Origin: Porphyridium purpureum
Taxonomy: Eukaryota
Assembly (NCBI GenBank): GCA_008690995.1
Contig: VRMN01000010.1
Coordinates: 186,001-250,000 of the forward strand
Reading direction: 5' to 3'
DNA length: 64,000 nt
Shown here in pieces: positions 20,740-34,829 of this stretch. The notes beneath the pieces were generated by a model, which did not search any database, was not told the DNA's origin, and worked only from the letters and a program-made list of their open reading frames with translations. A program made the translations under genes and the position numbers. How positions within the stretch are numbered: position 1 is the first letter of the stretch; the number at the start of each line of letters is the position of its first letter.

Positions 20740-20808
20740 TTTTTCCTGGAGTTTTTCCAGGAGTTTTTCCAGGAGTTTTTCCAGGAGTTTTTCCAGGAGT
20801 TTTTCCAA
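20740..20808. repeat. 12-bp tandem repeat (TTTTTCCAGGAG) x5 plus a partial unit
   Basis: Read directly from the sequence. The first unit has CCTGG; degenerate copies lie near 20703 and 20837. Confidence 0.95.
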
Positions 20809-23800
20809 CTGATTTCGCAACAGATTTTTCGATGAGCTTTTTCAGGAGTTTCCATTTACTCCGGCAAAGCCAGCGTTATTATTTACTTTGATAACCATGT
20901 CGAGATAATATAACTTACACGTTAAGCATTGCCAAATGGCTGAACCGAAATTTCGAACAATTCACGTTTACCTCAAGAGCGAAAATAAAGCAAAAAAATG
21001 TGCGATACAATTGTCATCTTCGTCGCATTCGTTGCACTCTGGGGCAGTGAAACGCTCAAAGAATTATAAGTCGAAGCATGGATTCGCGTACGCGTTGTGA
21101 CTGCTCTCATGGAGTCCCATGTGCCTTAGTGAAGAGTCTTGACGTCATCTGCATCCGTCTTCGTGTGCACGGTATTGTATTCCAAAACCTTTTGCCGCAA
21201 AAATTCGATAATGTGTTGAAGATAGAGTTTGATAAAATTTGCACCGACTAAACCATTTCTTTTCTCGCGTAGATGTCGCAATATGTCTGTGGAGATACAG
21301 GGAAATACCATTGTTTCTAACACCGCGGGTGTTCCGGGTAGTCGACAACAAGAACAAATTCTCCCACTGATCTGAAAACGATCCGAAGTTCAGGGTCTTC
21401 ATCGATCTTTGTGACGCAATATTCCGTCTTTGCATCGAATTGAGATACCCGATACTGTCCACGTACAGATCGGGGAAACGCGCTGTCATGCCGGATTCAG
21501 AACATCATGGACCTGTTGCATCACTTTCTAGACCTCAAAGTGTGTCACTAGTCGACGCGCGCGTAGATGAAGCAGACTTTCTCCGACTTGGAATGCGTTG
21601 ACGAAGCGCGACTTGTGGCCAGCTTCGCTGCGCATGTGGTGCGCTAGCCCAAAGTTCTTGGTCTGCGGAAAGGCACCGTCGTATGCTGACCCGTTTCGGC
21701 TCAAACAGCTCTGTCGGGGCCGTAAGAATTAGAAGTTTCACACGGTCGCTCCGCCGCTCAAGGATCAAGCGACCAAAGGCGTTTGTCCCTGTCATTTCCA
21801 TCAGACGATCGTCTTCGACTGTTTTTCTGTCGTCGAATTTACGTACGTCCAAGGCGATCAATTCCATTCCCTACCACACGACGGCTAGCTGCGCGAGCGC
21901 GAACTGCGTGAGACTACAACGCTGCGTATAGAAAAAATACAAGTCCAAGATCTACGAATTCGAGGTGAATACGAACCTAGTGACCCAAACGGGATCGCTG
22001 ACTTTTTTCGGACAGTGTTCTGTTGCACTTGTCATGTAATACTGTGTAGAACTCGCAGTACTGTATGTCGGCGTAGACGACGCAATCACAGGAAGTGGAA
22101 AATGGAAATTGTGGCAAGCCCGATGTCCTTGACCAGCACACGCGACAACCTTGGGTGGCATTTCGACAATTCCTTCGACGACCGTATACTCCGGCGTTTC
22201 CGCCGCAAAAGAATCTCATGCATGAGACTTGGGAGCCTTGTCTACTTTGCTGAAGTTGAGAGCCAAGTGGTCAAACGTGAAACTCGCCTCTTCTTATCCC
22301 GTCAGTCTTGGCGTCTGTGACTTTACGAGGTGCCGCAGGCGCTCACAGGCTGCTAAACTTTTGTGCTTGCGTTCGCTGAAGCTGTGGAGCGCGTGTACGG
22401 CTGACCTGTGCTACCCCGACAACTCACGCAGCACACTTTTTGGGTTTGCAAGGATGTACCTCTCTCCCCAGGAAGAAGTGTGCGCATCGTCACGAGTACC
22501 TTGCAGCGCAGCGTACGTTGAGTCAAAGCAATTGTAATTCGCGGGCAGGTAGTATCCGACACCACTCTGCGGTGGCTTTAAGTACGACAGGCTGGTTGAT
22601 GTTTTCAATATCGATTACACTTCCTTTCTATCAACTCTGCTTCTCTTCATTCTTCATGTCTCGCGCGAAATCGCGGCGCCGGGCTCATATACGTAACCGC
22701 CAACCCGAACTCAGATATAAGCGGTTCGGCTAGATCTAGGGTCGAGCCCGTTCTGGAGAACGGTTGTACTGTTGCGTGTAACAGCAAATGGTTATTGAGA
22801 GTTGGAAACGTTTCTAACGGACATCAGGCTTAACTGATACTGAGCGACAGCATGGTGGCTTCGATGCGACTAAAGGACGTGATATGGCGTCCCCGCTGTC
22901 AGGATCGTCTTGAAAAGTACGCCATCTTGGTGCGGGTCAAGTAAAGCACAACGTAGACGGCTGGACTGCTCGGTTTCCCTGTGCATTCACCGCATATCCC
23001 TTGTCTAGTCTCCTCTTTCCGACGACCAAGCAGGGAAGTCGCTCGTCAGAACGGTTCATCGGTTTCACAAGTTTGCACTTTTACTTTGTGCGCAAGATCG
23101 CGGCGCACATTCAAATTTCGAGCCGGTGAGCGATTGACAATGAGGCGCAGACACATCATCAGAGACTCTCCCCCACAGACGTCAAGTAAACGCTGATGTC
23201 CGAGCACCTGCACCACAGTGGCCACGTGAAGGATCGCATGACAATTTGGCCGATCACCAAGAGCCCTTGCAAGGTGTGGACCTTCCTGTCGCATGCTGTT
23301 CATACACTGGATGAACCAAAATAAGAAAAACCCCGCAACATTAATGTCCGTTATACCAGGGCTCTTCAAGTAGAGGTAGCGATACGCGCCCAAGCTGGCA
23401 GCGCAGACCCCAATTCAGCCCTAACGCACGCGCCGGTCCATGGAGCAAAGTGTGTGTCCAGATGCAAGAAAAACTAAAACACGCAGGAAGATACTGAGAG
23501 AATACTTGTTCTCGACAATTTTTCCGACCTCATCTGTCACTGGCACGGCGCGCACTGGAATATGGAAATGATTGTGTCATCTTGTTGTGAGATCTTGCTG
23601 CATCCGAACAGCCTCGATTTTGATCCATCGTGCAGCAGCTGAATCAAGTATGGAGTGTGTGGCCTTCTCAGACCGGTTGCTCGTAGTGGTTTCGGCCTGG
23701 CTCCCGCTCACTGTTTGCACTCGAGACGTTAAAGCCAAGGACGTTTATGTAAGGTTGACGTCGGACCAATCATACTATTCCTCCTTAAGCACCTGCGGCC

Positions 23801-24199
23801 CAATTTGCTTCGCTTTGTGACACAAAAATTGCAATTCCAAGCCCACTGATACGCAGTCGCAGAACAGCAGCTTCTTGACAGCGTGCAGTGCGTCTGCACA
23901 CGTAAACAGAAAAATGACTCAAGGGTAAAACGCGTTGAGACCCTTGAATAACGGAGTGCCCGGTTGATCCACAGACATTTCATCAAGACTGCCCGGCCGT
24001 GGCATGTGTCTGTAATGCGGCAAGATATTCTACTCGCGGCCCGGACTATTCTTGCGCCACGATCACCAAGGCGCCTGTTCCCCATGCGATCGTTCTGCCA
24101 CTTGGGGAAATTCCCTCGCCCAGTCTCTCTCTCTCTCTCCCGCCAATCACGTGTTTCCGTCTGGCTTGCACCACGCGTATTTGCTGATCGATACATGTC

Positions 24200-25650
24200 G
24201 CTACGTACACGCTTTGGATGGACATAAGTGCTCTAATATGTGCTTGCCATTGGAGTGGATTTCGAAAGAGTGCCAGGCGCAGAGTGCCTGCCAGCATAAC
24301 CTGTCGGAACGCGAGAATACCGTCGAATTTTGGAATGTGTCATTCTTCGTCACCCTATACTTGAAGGGCTGCCAACAGCATTCCTCGACAAAGTCTTGTC
24401 AATGCCACGCACCGCGCTCCATTATAACTTGCGTGTAAGGCGTTCGAAAGATGTACATCACGAGCCATGGTCTCTGAATGGAGAGATGGTAAGATAGCAG
24501 CCGGCAACCCTTAAAAAGCAAACCCAGGACCATTCGCGTGGTCGGACCGCTTTTATGGCTCCTCCATCCGCCGTGCGGTCAAGCTTTTAATCCGCGATAC
24601 TTCCGAATCAAGCATTCACGTCGGCGCATCTTAAGATAAGTTCTCCATCGTGTACGATTCGTTCAACGACCCGCGCCCGTCGATTACTACAATGGCACGC
24701 GCTACTGCATGCCAATCACGGATAGGACTTGCTTTGAGCAAAAGGTCGAGGCTGCCTTTGTCGATACCGCCTCCAATCAAAAGGTCTGTGGATATTCCTC
24801 ATGTAAGTACAATGCCACGACGCACGAGACCTCGAACCGTAGCGAAACATTGGAGTCCTCGCTTCGAACCTTCCACTGCATCATTCGAACGCTTCATTTA
24901 CTTGGTACAGCGAGGTTGCACTCGGACACACATAGCATCACTTGTATAAATGATATCTGCAATGTCTTATTCATCGGCTTGCTCGGAACGGGTGCCCTCA
25001 CGCACTCGCCGTTCGGCCCCAACATTTTTGATAGCCCGCATTTCAGCCTCTGCATTCTGCTAATCTCGACTCTCGGCAACGTTATTTTTCTTAGGTCGCC
25101 GTTCAGTCGCTTGGTGCTCCTCAGCTAGCCCTTGCGCTTCAGCCCCGGAGAAATTGTACAGCGAGCCATCTGAATTTCCTTTCTCGTCCTCTTTTCATAC
25201 ATTGCGCTTGCCGTTCTGATCTATCTCTGACACCTTGTTCAAATGGCGCAGTCCAAACCCACCCGGTTCATTATTCTTCGCTGAAGAAGCATTACCTGTC
25301 GTTTTCCAACCGCATCATCGTTCCTGGGCAGACCAACCGCAACAAGACGTGCATTGCTTCCTCTGCCCATTGTGGCCTCTGAGTTCAACTTTCGATCTCG
25401 GTATTTGGAATGGCTTTACTTTCGCACAAAACTTGCACAAATTTCGCCACACTTTTGTTCTCGACGTGTACACAGCGCTCGACTCGTACAGATTACATGA
25501 GGGTACATACAAGTCGACTTGCACTATAAATCTGCGTCCCACATTCCTTCAAGTTGACGAGCCACTGGCCGATACAGGACCAGGACATATCAAATTGCAT
25601 TCATTCTTCTATGCTCACTTTGAAGAATTCGCTGTACGACCCATCGATGA
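24200..25650 (-). mobile_element. Very degenerate LTR-retrotransposon 5' fragment (gag/protease/integrase-like)
   Basis: Stop-riddled minus frames contain retropepsin-like 'IVLT*GISTDLLIG' (about 24780) and integrase-like 'DFVEEC' and 'HSAPGT..SNG' (about 24250-24400). Confidence 0.3.
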
Positions 25651-25915
25651 GGCCAGTGACGGGTCGATCCCTGTCATCAGGGCGCCGTGACCGGTTGGGC
25701 TGGTCAGGCGCATACAATGAGGACAGCTGGGTCTCGCCCTGACGACGATGCGTGAGTGGCTGCGATCCCTCACCTCCACTCGCGCGTCACCTCCACAGTG
25801 CTGTGCCCTCACTTGCGTGGCGATGGGCTGTGCAGTGGCTAGATTGTAGTGGCAGCCGTCGCTCACCTGGTGACGCGGGTTCGCAAGCACATAATTGAAG
25901 AGCAAGGTCTTTCAG

Positions 25916-28900
25916 TTGGGAGAAAGGAAATAAAGGTGGGCTTCTTTTAAAATCTCCGCCACACCGCGGCTCCTACCTCGCATTGATTTCGTTCATTTCT
26001 ACCGCAAATGCACGAAATTTTCTCGAAAATCGTAGCCAAAGAAACCAGACGCAAGAGAAAACAAGACGAAGACACAAAAATGTCAGATGGTGCGAGAGCG
26101 AAAAATCTCGGGTCTAGCGAGCCTAAATCTTATTCTTCCCGTCGGCATCCGGAGGACCGGTCTCGACAAGGGGCAGAGTGATGTAACCCTTATTCAGGGC
26201 CAGCTGTCATGCCCCCAGACGCGCTATTCGGCGGTGCTCTGGTACACAAGCTCCGCAAATCCCGCAACGCTTTCCAACGACTGCTCTCATCTCTTCTTCC
26301 TTTTTATTCTTCCCTTACCTCTGCTTTGCTATCTTGAAAAACAAAAGTACCTGGCGATCTACCCCTGCTTTTATAGCCGGAGTCGGCTCGACGAAAACAC
26401 TTTAATGGAAAAACGGGAGGAGGAAAAGCTCCGCTGACTCTCAGTACTCCATAAAAAAGTTTACCAATTTATCAGCTGTCACGCTTTCAGCTTTTGCGTC
26501 ATGATGGCGGCCTTGTGCCCGCCGCTTCCATGTCAGCGTTCTCGAAAACATTCGCCAACACATCCCTCCGCAACACAACCGCGATTTCCAAAACCATTAC
26601 CAGATCTCCCTCAGCTCTCGGCGCCAGCGAGCTGTACCTTTCCATGCTCCTCCCGAGCGCGTCGAGAGCTATACCGCAGAAACATTCGGCTCAGGCTTAC
26701 CAGGATCGAGCATCCACTTCTCCATCACGCCAAATTTTACGGGTCCCAGGGGCTTCGTGAAGATATTCGCTGGATTGTCGACCCCATGCACAAACATCAA
26801 TTTGCAGTTCCCATATCGTTGCTCATAGTATACTTCGTGCAGCACAGCCACAGAAATTCCATGACTCTTTCGTAAGTGCATTAATTTTGGCAAAAATCCC
26901 TTTTCTACCCATGCTTTGGCGAGTTCACTGTCGCAGTGCATCATGCCACAGACTTGTGATTCTGACCCACGCTGATCTGAGTGCAGCAACTCTTTAACAA
27001 GGTTCAAGGCCGGCAGTAGTCCACTGAATGTCGCTTCGTGCAATGCAATAAACTCGGCTTGTCCTGTTCAAGTTGAGACGACTTTCTGCCTCCTTGAACA
27101 CCATTCTATAAGGTTCCATAAGTTTCCTCGTCTCACGTACACACAGTATCCCGTGGTTGATTTCCTTGTGACCGGGCAGCCGGCATGATCTGCGCTACAG
27201 TGCACGTGCACTTCCGTATTCGTACAGTGTCCTTCGATGTCAGCCTTCGTTCGACCAAACGATATCTGAGTCGTGGGGTTGGTTCTCAGGTGGCGAAGCA
27301 GCTGAGCCAGGATTCTATCTATGGCAGCATTCCACGCGTCCGCTTATCTTGCAAGATATGCAACTACAAATGCAATGCTTGGTTTCGTTGTTCGGGCCGC
27401 GCAAAGTAGTTTCCGAACTACTTCACGCACATGCTCGCAATGTCTTATTTCTTCATACAATTCAGCTTTTCTATCATCCATTGAGCTGTTCATCGACTTG
27501 TCACTGGCACATTTGTGATCATCGTCGACAGCCTATTTGACATAATGTGTGCCATCAAGTGTAATCGTAGTGCTTTCTCGTGTCAAAAGCATACCAAGAT
27601 AGGCGACTTGTTCCCCATCACGGAAAAACTGAGGCCTTTTCTCAATCACGAAGTCTTCACACAACTCCTTTACAACATTTCGAACTTGGTCATGCCGACC
27701 AGCTGTCATACAGTCAACAACATGCACCACCAACGCAGATTGATGACCGTCGCTGTGCCGAGAGAATGTGCTTCGTTATTGACTTAGAGTTTTCCAGCCG
27801 TGCTTATCCAGCTTCATGCATGCTCCGCAAAGTCTGACCCAGATCTGGAAAGACCATCCACTGCTTTCTTAAGAGTATAACATGTCCGGGCCTTCCTTCA
27901 GCTTCCGGCGGCAGCCACGTAAATACGTGTGGTCGACTGATCGGCGCCTGCAAGTAGGCGCTTGTCACGTCGATGAAGTAGGTCTGCTCTCCACGAATAG
28001 CATGCAGTTCTATCACACTGCGGAGCGAACTCAAGCTTGCCGGCGCTTCATATGGCACAATCGAAGTAATCGCCTTCTTTACGCAATTATATATTCGATT
28101 GCCAGCCGCTACCAATCTGCAGCTCCACACGTGATATTCTCTTCTGAGCTGCACACTCTTCTACACGAATATACAAAACGCCTCATAACAACAACTCCAG
28201 GAACTGCTCGCGCAATTTCAATGGGAATCGCTTCTCCCCCTCCCCCCAAGCAGCAACTTACTTCATCGCTGTCATTTCCTTCTTCAGCGGATCATACGCT
28301 TGTACGTCCTTCATCGCCTCCTTGACCGTCACTAATTTTGTGACCCCGCACCGTGTTCCAGTGATCGCATCTTCCTGTATGAACCTTTTTTCATGCTTCT
28401 TCATTACCACAAGTCCCTCCGCGAGGGACTCCTCCTTGTGCACTGGCTTGGCATCTTGTCGCATCATTTTCACCGCCCTATCTTGAATACGCTTCTCTTT
28501 CCATTCCCTCCATGGGAATTCTTCAATCACCTTGAAGTCCAGCATCCTCTCAGCTGCTGACCCGTACTTCCTTTCCGTCCAGAACCGCGGCTCCACTTTT
28601 GTTGACCATGGGGATGCTTGCTGGCTTATCAACATTTCTTTCACAGCACGTAATCCAAACTTCGTCATGCCAAGGTCAGCTCTCAATGTCCCTTATGTCG
28701 TGCGCGCTCCGAATGAATGGAAACGTTCTTTTCTTAGCCACAAGTGCCCATAGCGGGCTTGATACGGCGTCAAACCTGTTGCACAATCACGCTTCATCCT
28801 AATTTGAATGAAGCAGAAATATTTGGGCGCGCTCGAACTATACCTTGTCGATGTTCGCGTGGAGCAGTGCGATGCGGATGTACTCATTCTTGCTCCTCTG

Positions 28901-29374
28901 CATTCATTCATGCATTGAGTCTGTATTCGGTCGCCCAAGTATTCCTGCACGTCGTTCGACATTATGTCTTTTTAACACGGCGGCAAAAGGCCCTTTGAAT
29001 TCTCGACCTGCATCAGTGACCAGCAGTTTTGGCCATTCGCGCCCAAGTTGGTAGAGCTTGCGGGTCAACTTCGTTTCTCGTGCCCGCGAGGGACTGGTAA
29101 GCTGTTTCTCCGCTAAACCATTACAATCTTTTGTGTGCTGTGGCAAACTGCTTTTGTTCATAGTGCTTGTGTTGGTACGGGAAACGCGCGTTGTCAGCAC
29201 TCTCGTGATATCGCAGCTCGTGTCCATCTTGATCCCACCCCCGTGCGACTGGCGATCCGGACATGTTCAGAGAACGCGTATGCGCTTTGCTTACCAGCTG
29301 ACCTTCTCAGAAGTTGCGGCCATCTGCGCAGACAGAAGCTCTGAAGGATCTTCCAACATACCCAGCCGCTCTGA
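25916..29374 (-). mobile_element. Decayed Ty1/copia retrotransposon (integrase-RT-RNase H plus putative 3' LTR starting at 26560)
   Basis: Integrase 'PKLLVTDAGREF' (28904-29227 ORF); RT 'CRLVAAGN...FIDVTSAYLQAP' and 'VVHVVDC'; RNase H 'VHGVDNPANIFTKPL'; purine tract GCGGAGGGA then TGTTGG at 26560. The left LTR end is uncertain. Confidence 0.8.
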
Positions 29375-29650
29375 TGTTGCGACTATGGCCTCTCCCACAG
29401 AGGTGATGGTTCTGCGCGAGGCACCCGAAGGCCCTGCGCCCGGATTTACAACCTTTGGCATCGTTTCACTCTATTCCTATCTAAACACCCGATGTCCAGA
29501 CTACCGCAAGCTCGCTATCAATCCACACTCTCTCGACGTCTCCTCAACTCGCATGCCTGTCAAAGTATATAAATAGAAGTCAAGGATCAACTCGGATAAG
29601 ATAAAAAACATTCGGCACCGGACTTACCTACGTCCCGAAATACTGCAACA
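29375..29650 (-). repeat. LTR of 276 bp with TGTTGC...GCAACA termini (3' LTR of the copia to its right)
   Basis: Perfect 6-bp terminal inverted repeats; preceded on the minus strand by GGGCGGG just after the RNase H remnant; internal TATATA box near 29566. Confidence 0.65.
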
Positions 29651-32600
29651 CCCGCCCGGTGCACGAAACACTTCCTGAGTGGGACGTCTCCCTGCGCGAG
29701 CCATTTACTGCAATGAAAACGCCAGGCCCATGCAGCACTTGTGGAACTCAAGTATTCAAGACCCTAGTGTAAGACCAGCATTCGCGTCATCTGCACCTTC
29801 TCGGGAAGCATAGAACTCTTCGTGATGGAGTCTAATATCTGCTTGCTATCTGTCGCAAGGACAATGGGCACGCTGAATCCGTGCGCCAGCAAGTGCACGG
29901 CTCCGGCAAACGTCGAAGGCAATGCAACGTGTCATATAATTGGCACCCAAGACTGAACGCGCCACTTGCCTGGTTTTGTTCGGCTTCTCATGTATCAATT
30001 GCTCATTGGCGGAACTGTCGCCGAAAAGAAGTGTGAAGCCGATCTGTGAAGTGCGGTCTGGGTTGGACGCATAACTTGCATCTGCAGAGACTCAGAGTTG
30101 GAACGGCTTTCGCAACTTGATGAAGCACGAGATACGCGGGAGCCCTATCACTTGGCGACAGTTTGCGGGCATAAGCCGTACATGCTCGAGTGCGAACATC
30201 GCAATGGTCACCTGAGAGAGCTGAGCTGCAGCGCACAAAATGTCACGGCGTGCCACTGTAGCGATGTAATCCACTTGGCCGCGAACTTGCTCAAACTCCT
30301 TGAAGCTTTCTGCGACGCTGGTGGATAAAGTGCTGTACACATATTCACGGCGGTCAAGCGTGCAGTCGTTCCCGCTTTGCATGACGCGAAATCCAGTGCG
30401 CAAAGGCGGAGGTGTAGATAGGCCTGTCTTGTCTTAGTGAGTCAAAACTCGAGACCTAGCGCGCCGGGCAACGCCATCCACGAAGAGGATCATGTCGTCC
30501 GCGAAGATACCAACTAGGCCATGCTCGTGTAATTACATGGCACGCGCGTCCAACACGGCAACCTTGAAACCTTCCTGCTCAAAAGCCTCACGGAGCGTCG
30601 CGTACCATTGCAATTCTGATTCTGTCAACCCATAAAGTGGTCACACGAAGCACGCGTGTTCTAGATAGTCGCTCATGCCAGTCAGGGTGGACCAAAGCTG
30701 TTGAAGTGCTGGTTTCAAACGCAGATAAGACTGCCCGTGCGAGTGGAAAGTCACTCTATAGGTACGCCTTCGTGCAATCTCGGCATTCGACGGGATGGTT
30801 ACGATTGCGAGCCATCAAAGCAAGCAAATCCAGTGACATGTTTGAAAGAATGAGAGGATGCACATTGAAGTTGGCTGCTCCGGCGTCGCGAAAGTTTTGG
30901 ACCGCGAATCGAGACTCGTGGCTGCCGTGAGCCTTGGTCACGCGTTCAACATAGCTTCTGACGATGATTGCGCTCTTTGGCATTCTGTCCACTGGTCGAA
31001 CGATGTCTATAGCGAGGCCTTATTGCATTTCCTTCAGGTCCGCGTTCTCCCACAACACGTCTTCCGCGCTCATGCGTGCTTGTGCCCAGAAACAAATCAA
31101 TGCTTGTGATGTGGGCGCCAGGAATATGTTGACATTATTAATACTAAACGCAGCTACACGTGCCCGGTCGCTGCTAAGTTGTGAAGGCATCAATACAGAT
31201 ACCTGCGCAGGAGCGGTATCAACTTTGCAGCAAAGATATGGACCGGCCCACGCGCGACGGCTTTGATGGCACACGAGGACGGTCACGCCGGGTACTAACT
31301 CGTAGCTCACGCTCGGATACTGCGGCGTTCGCGTTCTGTGCGCTGCCGCGAATTTCATTTTGAAGACCAAAACTTCGTACTCGCTGGTGCTACCTGCATG
31401 GCACTTGTGCGTCTTTCCTGGCTTTCTCGTCTGTTCGGGATGGCCGCCTCTGGAATTACATGAATCTCTGGGATTGCGTCAAAAACCTGCGAAGACGGGA
31501 TAATGGTTTAGGCCCTCTTGTAATATTGTTTGCACGTAAAGCAAGCGACCACATGTCCGCGAACGGGGCGCTCATATCTTCCAGCATGATCCGGGAGGAG
31601 ATTTTGCGCAAACTTTTTAATGACGTTCCACATGCTCGACGCTTCAGTGGGGCCCTGTGCCCACCGGATCAAGAACACAGCCTTCGTTCCGGAGCATGAC
31701 TTCCCACTGATTCAAATACTATTTCCTCACCGGTCTCTAGGCACGGTGGCGCCTTGAATATTGAGACCCACATATGAGTAAAGTCGCTAACCACGCCCGG
31801 GCGCCGTCCCATCAGTGAACTCGACAGCAGCATTCCATTCAGTGCCTGCACAAACAGCGTCCAAAACCTTGATATTCGGGCCATTGTGCACGATAGAGAC
31901 TAAATTCATCCGAACGATGTGGTTATATTCGACGACCGTTTCCGCAGAAGTCTTGGAGGTGGTCGGACGCCCTTAATATCACTGGCTCACCGCGCAGCTT
32001 CTGGCGTATTGTTCGAAGTTCGTGAATTTACTCGGTTCGATGCGCTCTCCCGCGAGGTTGATAATCTTTTGCACCTTGTTTGCCGGTGCATGAATCAGTA
32101 ATTCTTCAAAAGTGTGTAGCGCGGTATCCAACAAACTTCAAACACCGCCTTCAGAAAGAAAGACGAATTCCAAATGGTTAGATTGAAAGCGACGCAGTGG
32201 CACAGAAAAGGACTGACCTCAGACACGCTGGATAAGTAGTGCGTATGCGATCACAATGGTACTGGCCTTGTTCTTGTCCTCCAGGTAGAATTAGTAGGTC
32301 GTCCTTATAGACAACAACCGAATGAAACTCGATAAATGATCCTTTTCGCCTGAAATCTGGACCCGACGGACGCCCACCTGCAACAAGAGACCGCACCAAT
32401 TTACCGGCGACTGTCCGCCCGCTGGAGCTAAGATAGTGCTGGCGCCTTGAGCTCGGCAGTATCTTGTGTACACACGCTGGCCCACCACTGAGTGCCCGGC
32501 TCCGGACTCAGCGAAGACACGCCGTCGCTGCACCAAAGGTGAGGCAAGCTGTGTTGTGTAGAAGTCATACGCGAAAGCGACACGATTTCCGCCCAGCTTC

Positions 32601-34530
32601 TGCCCAGGCACCCGCGGATCCGGTTCTTCGTCGCAGGCGTGCTGCGCGTCTCATCTGACTTCAAATTCAGAGGTCACTCGGGGTCCACGAGCTGTCGTAT
32701 CATGTACCCCCCTCGTGTACTTCGTGCAGAACATGGCTGACCGCGGGCAGGTTGCGCGTCCACTGCATTTCTCGGAAATGTTTCACCCGTTCACAATGCT
32801 GACAAGCTTGCTCGTTCGCTTGCTGAACGGCTTCGTATCAGAATCCGATCCGAGGTGAGTGGATGATAAGCGAGGCCATGGGGAGAACGCATTTTCCGTT
32901 ATGGAGCACGTTGAAGCGAAACGGGAGGACGGAAGTACTAGGTTTCTGTTGCTGCCGGTCGCAGCCGACCATTATGCGCATCCCATTTCTGCAGGAATAC
33001 ACTGGGTTTCACACAGACATCCGCTCCGTCGTGCTGCCCGATGAGTGCAAGAGAAAGCGTAGATACGTAGTCTGATGCGTACGTTACTTGCACTACGTGG
33101 TCGGTCACCCGGCTGGCCTCATCGTACGCATACCGAAGGAACAAAAGAACATCTTCCTTATACCTAACAACCGCGTCAAATGCGAGAAGACAAGTTGACT
33201 CCTTGCTTACGAAACCGGCGAGGTTTGCACTCTTTCAGGCTTGCTTCTTCGTGGTCATTGCAGCTGCGATTGTGAGCAAGCTTTCCAATAATGAAAGCAT
33301 CCGGCTGGGCGTCGGGAGCTCTTTTGCTTTGCCGTACAAGAGAGACTCTGCTTGGCCATTCGTGATGAGCGGCAATGCAGGCACATGCACATCATTTACA
33401 TTGAACATCTTTTGCGTGGATTCGACACGGTTGCGTCATCTCCTTGGAATTGCGTTCAGGCTGCCATTGAAACGTGCTTCTGATATGTAGCGAAGAAAGT
33501 GCATGCACTCGGGGCGCTGGCGACTTGCACTGCAGTCGCATCTGGCCGTGTGTGTTCAGTGCACACTGATGAAGGCATGGGACATTTTCTCGGGTGGAGA
33601 CATAAGAGCAACCGGAGCTAAAGGCTCCCCGCAACCTGCGAAGCGTTCTGCAGATTGTGTCCCTGGCAAGGCGTTGCTATCATGCATCATGCCATCAGCG
33701 GAACGTATCGCAAAGCGTTGAAACGAGGTGCGGACGATGTCACCCGGCTCAAAGTTTGGGATGCTTCGCCAACGAAAGAAATTGACCCACGCAGCAATGG
33801 AGATTGGGCTTCCATGCTTTGTTTACCTTTCAATGGTAACAATCTGCCCTACCATGAGCATCTGGATATAATCGTTGGGCGAGCGGGCAGCCATCTCCAA
33901 TAGATTGCCGATTTCGTCATGGAATCGCAATGTTTGGCGCCACTACACAGACGCCAGCACGCCGATGTCGCAGAGACTTCACGCAGAAGAACCCTACCTG
34001 TCGTAGAAACCGGGTCCAGAACGCCCAGGGTTATCTAAGCCAGCGTCATCCGCTGCGTCACTCAGACGCACTTACGCGCTGACTTCGAGATGTAAGGGCG
34101 TCCGGCTGCACCAATACATGAATAACTGGATCTGTCGTGAAATTTAATGAGTCCACATGCCTGGTAGGCAAGATAGCCGGGTCGTGCCGCTCGGCTTCAA
34201 TGCACTGCCTCTGTCACAGTAAAATTGAGATTATGAGATTTTGACGATAACAACTTGTTTGTCTGCCTTTATCTCTGTACTCATCCGAAACGTATAATCC
34301 TGAAGTTTGTAGCTACCACCTTTGCCGCTCCTTTTTGCACTCCCGCTCCGCTCGATAAAAACCATCCTTGGGGAGAAGCCTCTGCTGTTAATGCCGCTAG
34401 TAAACCCGCATTTGGGACGGCACGCCCGTTCGCGCGCGCCCTCTCATTCCATTCCACGTGTCATGCTTTGGCCCTTGCGCCATTGCCTGAGACTAGGACA
34501 CTTTCGGCGCGCGTATGCCCGTTCGAAAGG
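29651..34530 (-). mobile_element. Decayed Ty1/copia retrotransposon internal region (gag knuckle, protease, integrase, RT, RNase H)
   Basis: Zn knuckle 'CQHCERVKHF' (about 32790); protease 'VFAESGAGHSVVG'; integrase 'WVSIFKAP' and 'WAGPY'; RT 'SRFAVQNFRD...RDCTKAYL' and 'GQVDYIATVARRDILCAAAQLSQ'. Copia domain order, with many stops and frameshifts. Confidence 0.8.
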
Positions 34531-34829
34531 CCACTGTTATTAGGCCCACCGATCGTGGAACTGGCCCTGCCAATTAATTAAATAATTAATTGACCCTCGC
34601 TGTACTCGAAGGGGTACATCTACCCTCGCTATAACCACTTGGTTATAATGAGGGTCTCTCTCCCTCTCTCTCTGCCTGCTAGCCGTAGTATAAAAGCCCC
34701 CCGTACCACGGCTGGCGTAGCCGTCAAAAAAATCACAGTCGACAAAAAAGAAGATTTCGTAAAACTTTCTTGGGTCGCCGAGATAGGTCGGCAGCTCGGC
34801 TCTCGGATCCATAGGGATTGACACGAGAA

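Noticed and set aside
20740..20808. CRISPR-like or LLEK coding repeat
   Set aside because: Units are head-to-tail with no spacers, there are no cas genes, and the ORF is short with a non-ATG start.
21000..24200. Short ORFs in the TE block, including 'ALDVRKFD' (polymerase motif A-like)
   Set aside because: No further supporting motifs; I could not assign a family by eye.
25315..25542. Possible TnpB/Fanzor zinc-ribbon ('VYTSRT...CKFC...CTSCCGW')
   Set aside because: The spacing is wrong, there is no RDxNAAxNI or upstream RuvC motif, and another frame looks more like decayed gag. Probably coincidental.
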